64,000 nt of DNA from Neoechinorhynchus agilis (GCA_051530055.1 CM121342.1:10741480-10805479); one strand, 5' to 3'. Shown: positions 24,590 to 37,399, numbered from the stretch's first letter. A program made the numbers and translations. The notes: generated by a model from the letters alone, not told the origin.

Positions 24590-25140
24590 GCCACTCAGTA
24601 AGCTGCTAAACCATTGTGTTATATACAACTACCATCAATGTAAACTGCCATCATCCATCAATACCATTGCACGTACACGAAATGGAATCGGTCCGCCGTG
24701 ACAAGTGTTGGTAACTAAAGTCTCACTTGGCGACATACTCGAGCTGATGACATTTAGTGTACGTAGGAGAAACGAGAGTAAAAGTCGTCGGAAAGCGAGC
24801 AAATGTTTCACATTCTGCTCATAGAAGCTCCAAATTGTTACAACTATTAAACTTGTCCAAATCGAAGCAAAAAATGAACGCCGAGCCTCATTTCGTTAAC
24901 CAAAAACACTTTGTCGACTTATCAAGTCCACGCGAGGACACCATACCGAACCTTCGGGTTTTTGTTGTTCTTTTTATCCGTACCATTATCCAAATAGTTC
25001 CGAATAAGCCATCAAAGTCGTGGATTCGGACGGTTTGCATATTCGATCGACGTTCAATCAATCCGCTTATGCTATTGGCTAACGTTAAAATAGTTGTCTG
25101 AATTCCAGAATGAATGCCAAACCTCATTTCGTTTACCAAA
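24590..25140 (-). pseudogene. Possible decayed laminin-G/concanavalin-like domain sequence
   Basis: Broken frames give DFDGLF/YLDNGTD and ADRFHFVYVQWY*WMMAVYIDG, reminiscent of LamG DGxWHxVxVxW...VYVDG. Stops and frameshifts present. Confidence 0.25.
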
Positions 25141-25382
25141 AGGACTTAATGGACTTCCCAATTGTATGAAGCATCGTCCTTTACTGGTTTGATCGATTCA
25201 TTTTTGTCTCCTTAAAGAATGCATGAATTGTGGCAATTCCTTTAATTGAAGACGATAATGAAAGCGTATTTCATTGTTTATGAGTGAATAAAATGTGACT
25301 TCTTGGTCTTCTCTTTTTTTGCCGATAAGTGAAAATCTAAGACTTGTGCTAATCAAAGCTCCTTCACGTTCAATTTCAGACG

Positions 25383-26604
25383 ATGAATCATATTTGCAGC
25401 TATCACGGTGAGATAGACAACAAAGAGAACACGCGATCGAGTGAAATGAATGGACAAATAGATGTCTATAATGGCGAATACCCGGTAGCTGTGGCAAATG
25501 ATTTTAGGACTTCCCCGAAGAAACAAATTGCAATGGGTGTGCCAACAACCGTGACTTTCAATAGCAGTTTCGTTAACCAACGACTCGATGGTTGTCATTT
25601 GAGGGAAATGGTGAACGTACCATTAAATGCAGCCATTGTTGGACCTATATACCCGGATCCCCTTGTTCCCCCGCCAAATTTCACTTCTCAGGACTACGTG
25701 TACATGAATTTAGTTCACGGATTTGTGGTCGAAGAAGACGAGTATCCTCATTATGACCAACTTGATGTGAGTACTCCTTCGATTGTTTATTTAACTCACG
25801 TTTTGTTTAGATCATTGGATATTGCATGAGTTGCGATAACTCGATTTACGACGGTCAAAGAGCAACTCGGCTACCGGATGGTGATCAATACCACCAGGAA
25901 TGTTTCAAATGTGCGGATTGTGCCAAGAGTCTAATCGAAGAAGGTGCTTATATAATGAACGGACGGATTCTATGCAGTCGGTGCTCATGTTCTCAAGACT
26001 ACAAAACCTGCGCTGGCTGTCATTCACGGCTATTCGGGAGCGACCACGTCTACATCGTGGGCACCGAAGAAAGTCTGATTTTCCACGAAGAATGTTATAA
26101 ATGCCACGAATGCGGTCGTGATCTCGACGAAGTTTTAAAGCAAATCGAAATTGTCAATGGAAATGTGTACTGTAGGCCGTATTGCCGACGATCTCGACTC
26201 CTAATGCTTCAATTCGGCAAATTAGGCGGTGAAGGCGTGAACTTACTAGTTGAAGAAGTTAACGATTGTGAACTTGATGCTATACTCGACGAGAGTCGAT
26301 TTGAAATGGATTGTGAGCACATTAAGCAGGAGGATCCGTCAAATTCTCAGGAATCGGGAAATAATTTGTTTTATAATAGAAGAAGGCGAACGAGATTCAC
26401 TGAGAATCAACTTTCATGGCTACGGAGATATTTCTCTCATACCAAACATCCTAATACAAAAGAGATTGAACACATTGCAAACTCAATAGGTTTTCTTATT
26501 TTAACATCTCTAAAAGCTACATTTAATGTTTAGATTTAAGCCGAAGAATAGTCACAGTTTGGTTCCAAAATGCTCGTGCTGCTGCGAAGAGAACTGGAAG
26601 CTAG
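25383..26604 (+). CDS. LIM-homeodomain transcription factor (two LIM domains plus a C-terminal homeodomain), divergent
   Basis: CMSC...HQECFKCADC...CSRC; CAGC...HEECYKCHEC...C; homeodomain RRRRTRFTENQL...WFQNARA completed by a GT-AG intron after HIANSI. Confidence 0.88.
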
Positions 26605-26741
26605 CGACTGAAATCGGATCTGTAATATTTCACGAGAACAAGAATGTATTATGAACAATTTGAATGCGCTTTTCTAAAGAAGAACATTGGTTTTTCTAGA
26701 GATCTATTTCAGGCTTGCCATCAACTTCCTTTAGGACTTTA

Positions 26742-27232
26742 TCATTCCTTCTTTTTTGACTGTTTTGTAGCTCCAATAGGTTTAACGAGCCGGTTTGAGG
26801 GTTCTTGTTCCAGTTCTGGATCGGGAAGGAGGTTATCATGAGCAAAACGTTTTTTCCTTATTCCGCTACACAACAACGGAGCTGTTAGTTGACATAAAGG
26901 TAAATTCTTAATGGCTAAAATGAGCCATAAGATCACTTCAAATTAAAAAAACCAAACCTGCCACTCGTTGGCCGTCGGACTTAGAGTCCTCATCACGGAA
27001 CACCGCAACCATCACTTTGTCTCTTAGTCGACACTGAAACCATTCATTATCGACCAAAATCCGACGCTCGAGCAAAACCGAAGCCAAGTCCAGTGGTATT
27101 CGGCCATTCTTGTCCACAAACGAATTTAGGAGCTAAAATGAGATGAAAATATGATTTCTATCAATAAAAAAGTACTCGCTTAGGGATCCTAAGAACGAAT
27201 TGATGAGCCGTTTTCTTCTTGGTGATTTTCAT
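26742..27232 (-). CDS. Hypothetical 3-exon protein, weak resemblance to the TAF7 N-terminal domain
   Basis: Two GT-AG introns give a continuous frame MKITKKKTAHQFVLRIPKRLLNSF...KQSKKKE. The HQFVLRIP similarity to TAF7 QFILRLP is by eye only. Confidence 0.5.
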
Positions 27233-28481
27233 CGTCTGAAAAAGTACACATGCACAGAGAGCTCCTTGAGCGATTTTGTCACTAGTTTGATCAAATTCTA
27301 ACTTTATCAACACCGAGAAGTTTTGACGTTATCGCGATTCTCAAATTAAATGCGCGGTGTAGTTTCGAAAGTAAAAAAATAAATGAATGATACTAAATTT
27401 GTTTTTACAAAATAGCGCGATTATAATCGTATTTTAGGTTCAGAAGTTACTCGACTTTATCATAATTTTAAGTGTATTCCGTTTTTGTGCACTTGGACTT
27501 TCAATGAATTGGTGATTTCTTTTTAAAAGAATCGTTGTTTTTAACTTGTCGGACGACCTATTAAGGGCGATTGCGAGTTTTTGCCTTTTTTGCTTGGGCG
27601 ATTCTTATTTTCCACAATATCTTCAATAGAAAACTTTTTATATGCGCTAACTTGCAACAAAACTGATGTTAGATATATTGCGAGGGCCCAACTATTTTGT
27701 CCCCTTCGGAGTAGAGACATATGGAGCGCTCGACACTCACTCTGCTCCAGGATCTGGAAGAAATTGAGAGAAACGACCGGTGATGCATGAACAGGTGTAT
27801 TCCTGCGAACGAGGCAATGCTGCTAGCGTGATAGCGACAGCTGAGGAAGGAGAGAAGCTCCAATTTTGCGGACGGCGGTAATTGCACGTTTTGTGCTTTA
27901 TTATTGTGAAACCTAGAAAAGGTATATTTCGATCCAATCGTTATTAAAGAGATTCTTTTTAACAAATATTACACGAGCCTTTTAAGTACATTTACATCGA
28001 GATTCATCCCTTAGCGAATCACTGATCGCCTTCAACAATTTAACTTTCTATTTTTAGAGAAAATCAAGATGGGCTTCTATGCTTTTTTATCACATTGTAA
28101 AATCGATGAAGTGCAATCATGTTATTATTGTTGTTCAAAAGTTGACATTTGTTTACCGTTTATTTTGGTTCAATCAAAGAGGATTTTGACTTTATCGCCT
28201 ATTTTGACTGGTTGGTAGACGGCTTAGAACGTTCAAACATAAAATTGTGTTTATTTTCAATCGCTAAGAAGATCGTCTTACAAGTCAATTGACATGAATG
28301 AAAGCTTAAGTCAATAATTGGAGCAATGTTTACAAACATTATTGAGCGTTTCGTCGAGAGCGCTTCAATTTTCGCGAGTGTAATGAGCGGAACGTGTTTC
28401 CTATCAAAGATCCACTTGCACACAAAGTCAATCGCGCTCATTTTCTCACAAATCACTCACGAATAAAAGTTACCACTACGA

Positions 28482-29422
28482 ATGCCTTTGGAAGGTCTCG
28501 AAATTGATCCTGAACGTTTGGAACGTTATATAGCTAGTTTACCTCAGAATCGACGCAAATCTCGTTCTGAAGCAGGAGTTTCTAAGGATTTAGAAGAAAT
28601 TGGAGCGAGCATTCAGTTGCTGTTGACTCAAATTGAAGGTTAGTTCGAGCTCAGTTAACAATTTCAAAATTTATAAACGTTCTTAGAAGACAAAAAGGAT
28701 GCCATAAAAAGCGCAAAAAGAGCGTTTACGATTTCCAATATTGAACTGGACCGTCAGTACGTTTATGTAAGTCCTTTTCTGAACAAAATCTTTTTGGATA
28801 AAGTCGTTAAGATTCAAGAAATTACTGAAAGTTCGTTGAAAGATTACGAAGAGAGTCTAAGATCGCATTTCGAATACTGGGACGTGTAAGTGTCTTTGTG
28901 GAGTTGAAAAAGTATAAGAATTTCTGTAGTTATTTGAAAGAACGGACTACAACTATAAGATGCGATCTTAGCGATTTTCATGATACAATAAGAGACCTAA
29001 AATGCTCAGACAAGTCAGTTTTTGATTTTTATCTTCTAAAATTTCAGCGAATTTTAGTCCAAGTATCGAAACCGCAGTCTACTATTATGAGCAGTTGACG
29101 GAAATAAAGAAGAAAATCGAGCTTTTTATATGGGAACTTGAGAGATTTACGGATATTGTTGCAAGTAGTTTAGAGGTATGCCAATGAAATTTACCTTAAA
29201 AAACATCCTACCACAAAGAAAAAGTTAAAACATCACGAAAAACAAAGTAAAATGCCTTCAGAGGAAATTTCTGTAAGTTCCATTTATTTAGCTTAAGATT
29301 ATCCTTTTGGTTTGCAGAAAACAGAGCATCATTACCAATACCCACAAGACAACTTCGATCAGGATTCAAAGAAGAAAAAGGAGCCGAGAAATTGGTTTTT
29401 TAGATTGTTTGCTTGTCTCTAG
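28482..29422 (+). CDS. Hypothetical multi-exon coiled-coil protein
   Basis: MPLEGLEIDPERLERY...LLTQIE followed by several ~45-bp GT-AG introns. The last exon ends KKKKEPRNWFFRLFACL. The internal exon chain is not fully resolved. Confidence 0.55.
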
Positions 29423-29719
29423 AGCTGCGAGACCATATTAGTTGAATTAATTTCAAAAATCACTCTTTGATTTCATGGAGAGAAATTCAGACGGGATTAT
29501 AGAATTGGAGATGTGGTGATCATAATCCCCCAAATAAAACATATTTTTCTACACCTTTTTTGTAGTTGCCTAATTTATTATCGACGTTTTCCCAAGGTTT
29601 GTCATTGCAAATTGTTTCGAGATAGTAGGAGTTTGTCATATTTCTTAAATTTTCTATATGAACGGATTTTTTTATTTTTTAAAATTTAAGAATTTATTTT
29701 TATTATACTCGAAGCATCA

Positions 29720-29960
29720 ATCACGGCCCATCTGGGTGGTCGCCGGTCGCTGTTCCCATTCGACGACCCAATTCGTCACATAGTTGAATGGCCGACCCAC
29801 CGAGAGCCTCGCGAATGGCATGAAATCTTGTTAATATTTTAATTGAACGTATTTTGCAGATTTCTTCTATTCCTCCACGAACGCTGCACTTCCTAACACC
29901 CAGGTGTTGCCGACAAATCAACGCATTTTGCGTCCCAGATTAGGCATTTTCCCTGCCGCC
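29720..29960 (-). mobile_element. CRE-like RLE fragment
   Basis: GKCLIWDAKCVD...PG...KKSAKY...LCDELGRRMGTATGD across frameshifts. Confidence 0.7.
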
Positions 29961-30167
29961 AACGAAAAATTGTTATTCAATCCGCTCACTTTTTCCCCCT
30001 TCAAAGTGAAATGTATGCCCGGACTCGAGGATCATACGGGCTTGAACGGAGTCCAAGATCCTTCTAATGATAGCGAAGTGACCACTCAGCTTTCAGTACA
30101 CCGAGAGTTTTAAGATCTTTGATGACTTACGCGCTCTCCTTCACAGATTTCGCTTAAAGATAGACGA

Positions 30168-31186
30168 ATGGAGCAGCCTCCAGCAGTTCCAGAGCGTCCG
30201 ATTCGCGAAACCTTTGACGAAGCTCTCGGCCTATACCAAAAAATGAACGATTTGAATGATACGTCTGACACTTGTCAAACCGTGGACCAGTGTTTGGAGC
30301 TCCTGAAACGAATCGATAATCACATTGAACGATTGAATTTGTACAGTGCGAATGAGACTTCAGACGACTTGAGTACAGAGAGTCTCAAATACATGACTGT
30401 TCCAGCGATGATCGCTTCAGTTGGCCAACATAGAAAATCAACGATTGATCAGCGTGCAAGCATCGCCGATGAATGCGTTCAATACTACGTGAAGTTCTTA
30501 AATTTAGCTTCAAATTATGGATTCTGTACGAGATGAGATTGTCTTTTTAAAGGGACTTTCTACGAAGATTTTCTCCATGTAAGCCATACAATAAGAAAGA
30601 GATTGACGACGGTCGTGTAGAGATGAAGAAATTCGCACAACAGCGCCGAGTAAAAATTGAGTCATTTAAAAAGAAGAAATCGATTGAAACACGGATTCAT
30701 GAATTAGAGAAGCGAATTTTCGGTGCAATGCAAGATGACGACGAAGGACTTCGTGATCTGTACAAAAATCGGCTTTATTGGTGGATATCCACTGCAGACG
30801 AAGATCTCTCTTGTCTTGAATATGAATTGAAAATGCTTAAAGAAAGAGAAGGAATAGCGGCTGAGAAACCAAAGATGCCTGTTCGTCATCAGAAATCAGG
30901 ATTAAATACACTCGTCCTAGACAAGGAAAGCATAAAGAAAAATGTGTTTGGAGCGGGGTATCCGAGTGTTCCTAAGATGAGCATTGATCGATTTTATGAA
31001 AATTTGAAGATACAAGGATTAATGCCGACCGATGGGGCTAATTTGCACGAAGCACCGAAACAGGAGACCAATAACGAAAGTGATGATCACGACGAAGACG
31101 AACAAAAGTTAAAAGAGGCTCGAGCGTTTGACGACTGGAAAGATTATAATTGGAAAGGTAGTGGAAATCGGTACAATCGAAGCTGA
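30168..31186 (+). CDS. IGBP1: TAP42/alpha4 PP2A regulatory protein
   Basis: LYSANETSDDLSTESLKY, RRVKIESFKKKK, VFGAGYPSVPKMSIDRFY and EARAFDDWKDYNWKGSGNRYN. The junction near 30.5 kb is ambiguous; a 59-bp intron at 30494..30552 works. Confidence 0.88.
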
Positions 31187-31254
31187 TTCTTGAATTTCAG
31201 TCTAATTTCAAGAAGTTTCGCACTACTGTGTAAATGGTGTTTTATTTTCCTCCT

Positions 31255-32100
31255 CTATGTAAGATACGCTTCCATACGAGTTAAAACATTTACAATGCTG
31301 TTCCGAAGATCAGTGAGTACTCGTTTTTTCTTTTCTGATTCCTCGTTCATTTGGGACGCAATTCTATCCATTTCTTCATTGAGTGCGGCGTAGTTGTGGA
31401 ATATCGTATGGTTCTTAAGCTCGACAACGGTATTTAGTAACGACTCGTATGCACGACCCTAACATAGAATCTATTTAAAGAGAAAAAGTAACCAAAGATC
31501 AAACTATTTCTGCTGCTTTAGACGCCATCGTCGTGGCTTCGATTTGAAGACTTAAACTGGAATGCTCCGAGGTTTCGGTTTCGTTAGTTGAGTGCTAAAG
31601 AAGGTCGAAATGCCAAAACGTCTTAAATGCAAACCTTCTCTAATATCTCCATTATATCCAACAGACATCTGACAATTAATTCAAGGTCTTCCTTTGATTT
31701 GATTTTGCGTGATTCAAGCACGCTAGACGAATTCATTCTGAAACTCATTGAAAGTTCAATGAATTAGATGTTAGTTGGCGATTGTGGAAAATCGTTGTTA
31801 AAAAGTGACTTTAACAAGTTTTCACCCAGTAAAGAGTTTATTAAAGACGTTCTGAGAACCTCGAAGGCTCTTCATCATCAATCTGTTTGTTTTAAAAGAC
31901 GCATTTTGAAGAGGTGACTTTTGTTCTTTGTAGATCTCCAAAAACACGGCATCGCATCCACGAGTACCAAAAGACGCCCATAAATACAAATAGCGATATC
32001 CAGTTTTAGAGACGTCTCAATGAACCGATTTCGTTGTTCTTAAAATCAAAAATTGTCCTTAAAAAAGAATACAAAGTCCTTGAGACCTTCGTTCATGTTT
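31255..32100 (-). CDS. Hypothetical multi-exon protein with helical/coiled-coil C-terminus; start uncertain
   Basis: Last exon GRAYESLLNTVVELKNH...LTRMEAYLT* and internal exon ...KEDLELIVRCLLDIMEILEK are bounded by AG/GT. Confidence 0.5.
31810..31885 (-). repeat. Solo pLTR / hammerhead-like family (copy 2)
   Basis: Reverse complement reads ttgatgatgaagagccttcgaggttctcagaacgtctttaataaactctttactgggtgaaaac. Confidence 0.65.
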
Positions 32101-32684
32101 TGCTCATGGTATGGAAGTGACAAGTATGCTTACATGGTTAACTCTAAGATTTTACGTCATCAAAGCTAAGGCTTAAGATGAAATACTGAGGATTTTTGAC
32201 TTTTTGTTAACAGAAATCTAAGCAGAAACAGTGATTTGAAAGCTACGAGACCTGATTTAACAAAAGAACGGATCTAAGATTAGAAAGCATTTGCTTTTTT
32301 ATTCCTTTCGGTGCTTGTTTGATCCCTTACGCTATTCGTTCAATTTCTTCGCTAGCTTTATCAACCTGTCGAAATATAAAATTTAGAAACTTAGGTTCAA
32401 TTGACAATAGAAGCTCTAAGATCTATTTATTGATTTATATTTTATTATTTATGTGATCAATATCCACCGGCGTTAAAACATTTTCCGGCCGAATTCTCAG
32501 ATTCCACATTGTCAGCCAAGAATACACCGAGTAGTTTATCGACTTCTAAGAATAAAATAATTGCAATTTGTCGTTTTTTATGCCTGGACTATCGTTGGAC
32601 TTGGATGCGATTGAAATGTTGAATTTTGTTTTCCTCGAAAAAAGTCTTTAACAAATCTGACGTTAGTTGCATTTTATCTTCGAC

Positions 32685-32790
32685 TGTCTCGGATCATTTG
32701 GTACCGCGGAGAGACGATCCGAGGACTGCAAAACAAGCCTGGTTCGGCAATAGGAACGCTGGATCCGTCCTTTCGACCATTGCGTGTTGC
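32685..32790 (+). mobile_element. Internally deleted CRE-like 3' fragment
   Basis: ctcggatc(a/g)tttggtaccgcgg is shared with 61.69 kb and 42.49 kb. GNAGSVLST-encoding tail. Confidence 0.6.
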
Positions 32791-33063
32791 TGAACGCGAA
32801 AAGTATATCTAAACTACGCTGAAAACATCGATTGCAGTCGAACATTTATGATCGCTGCATTTGCTCCGCAGAGGCACGGAGAGAGCATTCCCTGAATTTG
32901 ATTCAAAGGAAAGATATTTCCTTTAAATTCAGGATAAATTTAAAGATCCCCAAATAAGAATTAATTTGACGGCGCTGTGTTTTTCGTTAGTCTTAAAAAC
33001 CAAAAGAAATATTGTCGATCTATGCCAAAAAGAGGAACACAAGTCGGTTAAAAAGGACGGAAT

Positions 33064-35028
33064 TTATACTTGAATGGTATCAATAAAAGAATTCAGTCGA
33101 GCTTCCTCTTCTTCCTTCGTATCTCCATTGATTTTTGATTCGCTTTTTTTAACGTACGATCTCCGGTATCGTTCGTCAATCGAGTCCAGATAGTGTACAT
33201 TACATTCTACAAACGCATCTTTGAATACACTCGCTAAACCTAGAAAAGACCAATTATTATTTTTTCTAAGTAAAAACAAACCATTATGTTCAATACCAAG
33301 CGAGTAGCGTTTAATCCATTGAGCTCGCAATGTCATCAGTTTATCATAGTTTTTAGCAGTTACTCTAAGCCTTCCATCGAGCCATTGTTTGATTGATTCA
33401 TTTGCCTTTATCATGATGATCTCCGATGAAACATCGGGGTTAACTCGGATACTGAACATCGATGAACAGTAACCGGATCCATAAGAATACACCAAAATGC
33501 GTTCAGGCTTATTTTCTTTTCTAAATAACCATCGACTTTAGCGACAGATTAAAAGAAAAACTAACGCCTTTGAAGCTTCAGCCAAACACGAAACAAGTGC
33601 CAGGTAAGTGGACGCCGTGTACGCGTTCCCGACTTGTTTGGCCAACAGCATCGATGGGGCAACTTGTTTTTCGAACCGATCCTTACATTGACCAGCTAAC
33701 TTCCTCTGAGTCGTTTTATCCGCATAAAAGCTCTCTGGATTCTGCTCCTGGCTAAACTCTCAAATGTTAGGGTTTGCGTTTGGAAGTCAAACAAAGACTT
33801 ACGTGAACTCTGATGGATGGTCGCACAAATACAGAAGAGAATACGCTTTACGCACTAATCCGCAAAATGGTGAATGGAAAATCAGTCGGTCATGATCGTC
33901 CAGTATTGACCCACTCTTTCCAGTCTTTTGTCTATATCGATCATAACACAACCTGAGGGCTTCAAAGTAACATTGAATAGAGAGCGGACCATCGACCATC
34001 GGGGATTCTACATGCATTCGAGGCTTGTAGAAGTCGTAGACGTCTCTTGCGACAGTTACCCGATGCTCATTTTCGATCACCAATGGAGCGTTTGGTCCAA
34101 TCAGTAAGGCAATGGCACCTGCGCCACCAGTGGGTCTAGCTGCCTTATTGGCGTAAATCGCAACGTCCGTCATCACAGCAATCGCAAAACGACCATCCCA
34201 AGCCGAAGATTCGATCCAATCGATACAATTGAACAGAGCGGCCGTACCACCGTAGCAGGCATTAAGGCAATCTATGCCTTCCACGTAGTAGTTAACAGGA
34301 TGCTCTGGCGGTTTGCCACAAGCACGCCAACCATGAGATTATTGAGATGCATTGGTTGTTGTTTTATATGGCGTAGAAAAATTAAAATGATTTTTTAAAA
34401 TCCGATTGGTTTCGGCGAGGCGTACACAAGATTGTACGCTTTTTTATAATCAAGATTGCTAACGTCTTAAACAACTTACAAGCAACCTTGATTAAAAAAA
34501 GCGTACAATCTTGTGTACGCCTCGCCGAAACCAATCGGATTTTAAAAATCATTTTAATTTTTCTACGCAAAGAAAAACACTATAAAAACCAACCACGGGA
34601 TTGTTGAGATCTATTTCGTGGACTATACCTCCCCCTGGGGTGCAATTGAGGGAACAAATTCCATATTTCACCAAGGATCATCCCCGCGTCGCCAGAGTAT
34701 CCGTATGATTGTCCTCAAAGAGTCTCATAAGGTGGGTTTTGATGCTTTTTGATTTGTCAACGATGCTCTCGGTGCCCACCTCAAGCCGCCCGATACTTTT
34801 AAACCCACCGTTCACCCTACTCACGAGTTGCTCAACAACAGTGAGACTCATTGAGCACGCATCTTCGTTGTCGGCACAGACGGCCATCGCACTTTGTTCT
34901 AGGCCAATGGTGTACTTTCCAGCGGAAACTCCATCGAATTGCTCGAGATCGCCTTGGTCCACGTAGGTCCGAGGCAGGTAGAAGGCGAAGTCAACAATGC
35001 CGACGTTCTTCGGTCTTGTATTTGTCAT
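33064..35028 (-). CDS. HMGCS1: Hydroxymethylglutaryl-CoA synthase; first junction is anomalous
   Basis: GKYTIGL, RLEVGTESIVDKSKSIK, EGIDCLNACYGGTAALF (catalytic Cys), DVYDFYKP, FHSPF, GNAYTAS and YSYGSG. Downstream introns are GT-AG. Confidence 0.92.
34371..34568. mobile_element. 198-bp near-perfect palindromic MITE inside HMGS intron 1
   Basis: Arms of ~90 bp (gcgtagaaaaattaaaatg...gattgct / agcaacc...ttttaatttttctacgc). Related arms at 42612-42735 and 61522-61589. Confidence 0.85.
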
Positions 35029-35926
35029 GAATTGTAAGCGAAAACTAAGTTATGGGTGAACGGGAAACGCGAGTACTGATGTGAAAGAGTGAAAACGTTC
35101 AAGAACAACTGAGTTTTCTTTAATTTAGACAATAGGTGAACGCCAAACTGTGCGTCATTGGCTGTGAAAGAACCCATCGAGATGTGAGTGTGGTGCGAAG
35201 TTTTCGATTTCAAATTTTTGGTTAAAAAACTATGACTAATCGATGAGGGGAGTAACGAGGGTTCGTTATTGAGAAACGAAAAGTGTCTAGAGCGTAAAGA
35301 AAAAGTTAAGTACTGTGAAAAGTTACTCACTGATTGCTCATGAACTTTCAGTTAGACTTTGTGATATTGGAAAGAGTAAAACGGTGTCGAAATGACGATG
35401 ATGATGATCCATTGACCATTTCATCGGCGAAAACGTACCAAAAATTCCTGCTTTATGCGTGATTGCTCTACAAAAGGACGCAGTTTACTAGGATTAAGGT
35501 ACAGAAATAAAACAAAGTCGTAATCTTAAACAGTGTAAAGAAATGCACAATCGCATTTTTGATTTAATTGAGGTGTTGTTTAGTTTATCCAATACGGCAA
35601 CCAACACAGAACATAGAAAAATAAAATCGCCATGAGTAATGGGATCGTAAGACTTCCGATTTTTTACAAAAACGAATAAAGCTCATGTTTTTTTGACTGT
35701 CCTTGTTTTAGTAGACAAAGCAATCGTAAACGAAATTCTTGATTTTGGACCGATACTTCGGGGTTTTACTACTTCCTAAAAATCCGTGTGATGGCGTAAA
35801 CCCTATTGAACCCGCACGACAATCGTGATTCTTCCGTGTCATTGCATGCCCGAAAGTGACGTCATTGCATTCTTGATCTAACGTGGATTAGTGCGTTTGA
35901 TTCTAGAAATTTTCGCTTTTGCCAGC

Positions 35927-36954
35927 ATGCCGATACGATCATTTCGGCGTCTGATTCTCTATCTACCGATTGCTATAAGAAGAAGGAGACTATCTTTAGG
36001 TCCATTGTCATTACTATCATTTACGATTCCTTGGCCTCAATTCCTGAAGCCCAATCATACAATTGATGATCAAAATGAAGTTCAGAATCGAATTAAGCGA
36101 TTGATGATTGAAGGCGCATACCGGAGTGCATATGATGAATCCTGTAAAAAATGGAATCTAGAAAGGTTGAACGGGCTGAGCACAGAATTCAAAGAGTTGA
36201 TTTTGCAGAGTGCTTTTCATAATTTGAGGGAATTAGAAAGCTGTAGTGTCGAATACTCAGATTGCCGAGAGTGCGTGGACTGCGTAGAACGAGGTCTCGC
36301 GCTCTCTAAATTTTGTATAGATCAAATCGAAGATCCAAACGAAAAGAAGCGGTTCTATAAGGTATGCGCTCTTTAGAAGAACTACTTGAACTGGGGCAGT
36401 ACTATGCTTTATTCTTGCATGAATGGAGTTGTCGGCGAGGTCGGCGAGTAGAACTGGCGAACGCTTATCGAGTTAAAAAATATTTAATCAAAGCTTCTCA
36501 AGCTCTGGGTTCAGACGCTAAATCCGACCTGATTTTATTGGACGTAACTGGACGATGGTTAGAGGGTTACAGTGAGATCTTAAGATTCATTCTTTTTTTC
36601 TCTAGGAATTATCGGTATATTCAAATTCCTACCTGGAGACTTTGGATCTCTCGGAAAACGCCTCGAGATGCATCAGTTGAAGAAGCTCTGTATTGCTTTA
36701 GTCAACTGAACGATCTCTACCCGAACCAACTTTATTCTCTCAGCCTCGCTCGGTTGCTGATCAAGGCGAGGATGAGCGACAAAGCTCAAATGTTTCTCAA
36801 GAAATGCAAGAAAGATTACACTGACGATCAGGTATGTTAGGTAAATAAGAAAATGGGTTTCTAATAGTGTTCAATCTAGAACTTCCAACTACAAGTCGCA
36901 GAATTAGAAAACCAGGCACGTACAGTCAAGCAGGTTTTAGGGTTTGAATTTTAA
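35927..36954 (+). CDS. Regulator of microtubule dynamics (RMDN/FAM82)-like TPR protein
   Basis: K|YYALFL...LANAYRVKKYLIKA...GRW...ASVEEALYCF resembles the RMDN pattern. A 38-bp intron at 36362..36399 restores frame. Confidence 0.65.
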
Positions 36955-37029
36955 ATAAATTTTTATTGAAATGCACGACCAAATCCGAACGCAAAATTTA
37001 AATATTAAACAAGGATTCGTGACAATGCG

Positions 37030-37280
37030 GATGGAAATCGGACGAATTTTCGCTTCGAAATCATTGTTTTTCCAATACGGTTGTGATTTTAACATCTTAG
37101 ACCATTTTTGCTAGGTGCATCATTAGACGAAATTTATGTACGAATAGGAGACATTCAAAATGCGAAACCTAAAATGGGATCCATAGATTCGAAAAAGTAA
37201 GACCATTCTGATGGAAATTGGACGAATTGTCGCTTCGAAATCGTTGTTTTTCCAATACAATTGTGATTTTACAATTTCTA
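37030..37280. repeat. ~70-bp direct repeat, period 180 bp
   Basis: gatggaaat(c/t)ggacgaatt...ttccaatac...tgtgatttt at 37030 and 37210. Confidence 0.8.
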
Positions 37281-37399
37281 ACAAATGAAACCGAATTCAA
37301 TGTACGAAGAACGGCCATTCGAAAACGTAGAAATGCTCTTACACAGCAAATAATATTTTTTAAATGATTCATTTAAAAGCATAAACTTAAAAATAGGTT

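Noticed and set aside
25198-25598. Minus-strand ORFs of 99 and 81 aa
   Set aside because: They overlap the LIM-HD first exon in antisense and are probably shadow ORFs.
28199-28441. 80-aa minus-strand ORF (MSAIDFVCKW...)
   Set aside because: No recognised domain, and its start is only 40 bp from the divergent ATG at 28482; unsupported without expression data.
30489-30622. IGBP1 junction seemed to need a non-canonical donor (the GT at 30526 gives frameshifts or an in-frame TAG)
   Set aside because: A canonical 59-bp intron at 30494..30552 restores the frame (YVKDFLRRF...), and a two-intron solution also exists.
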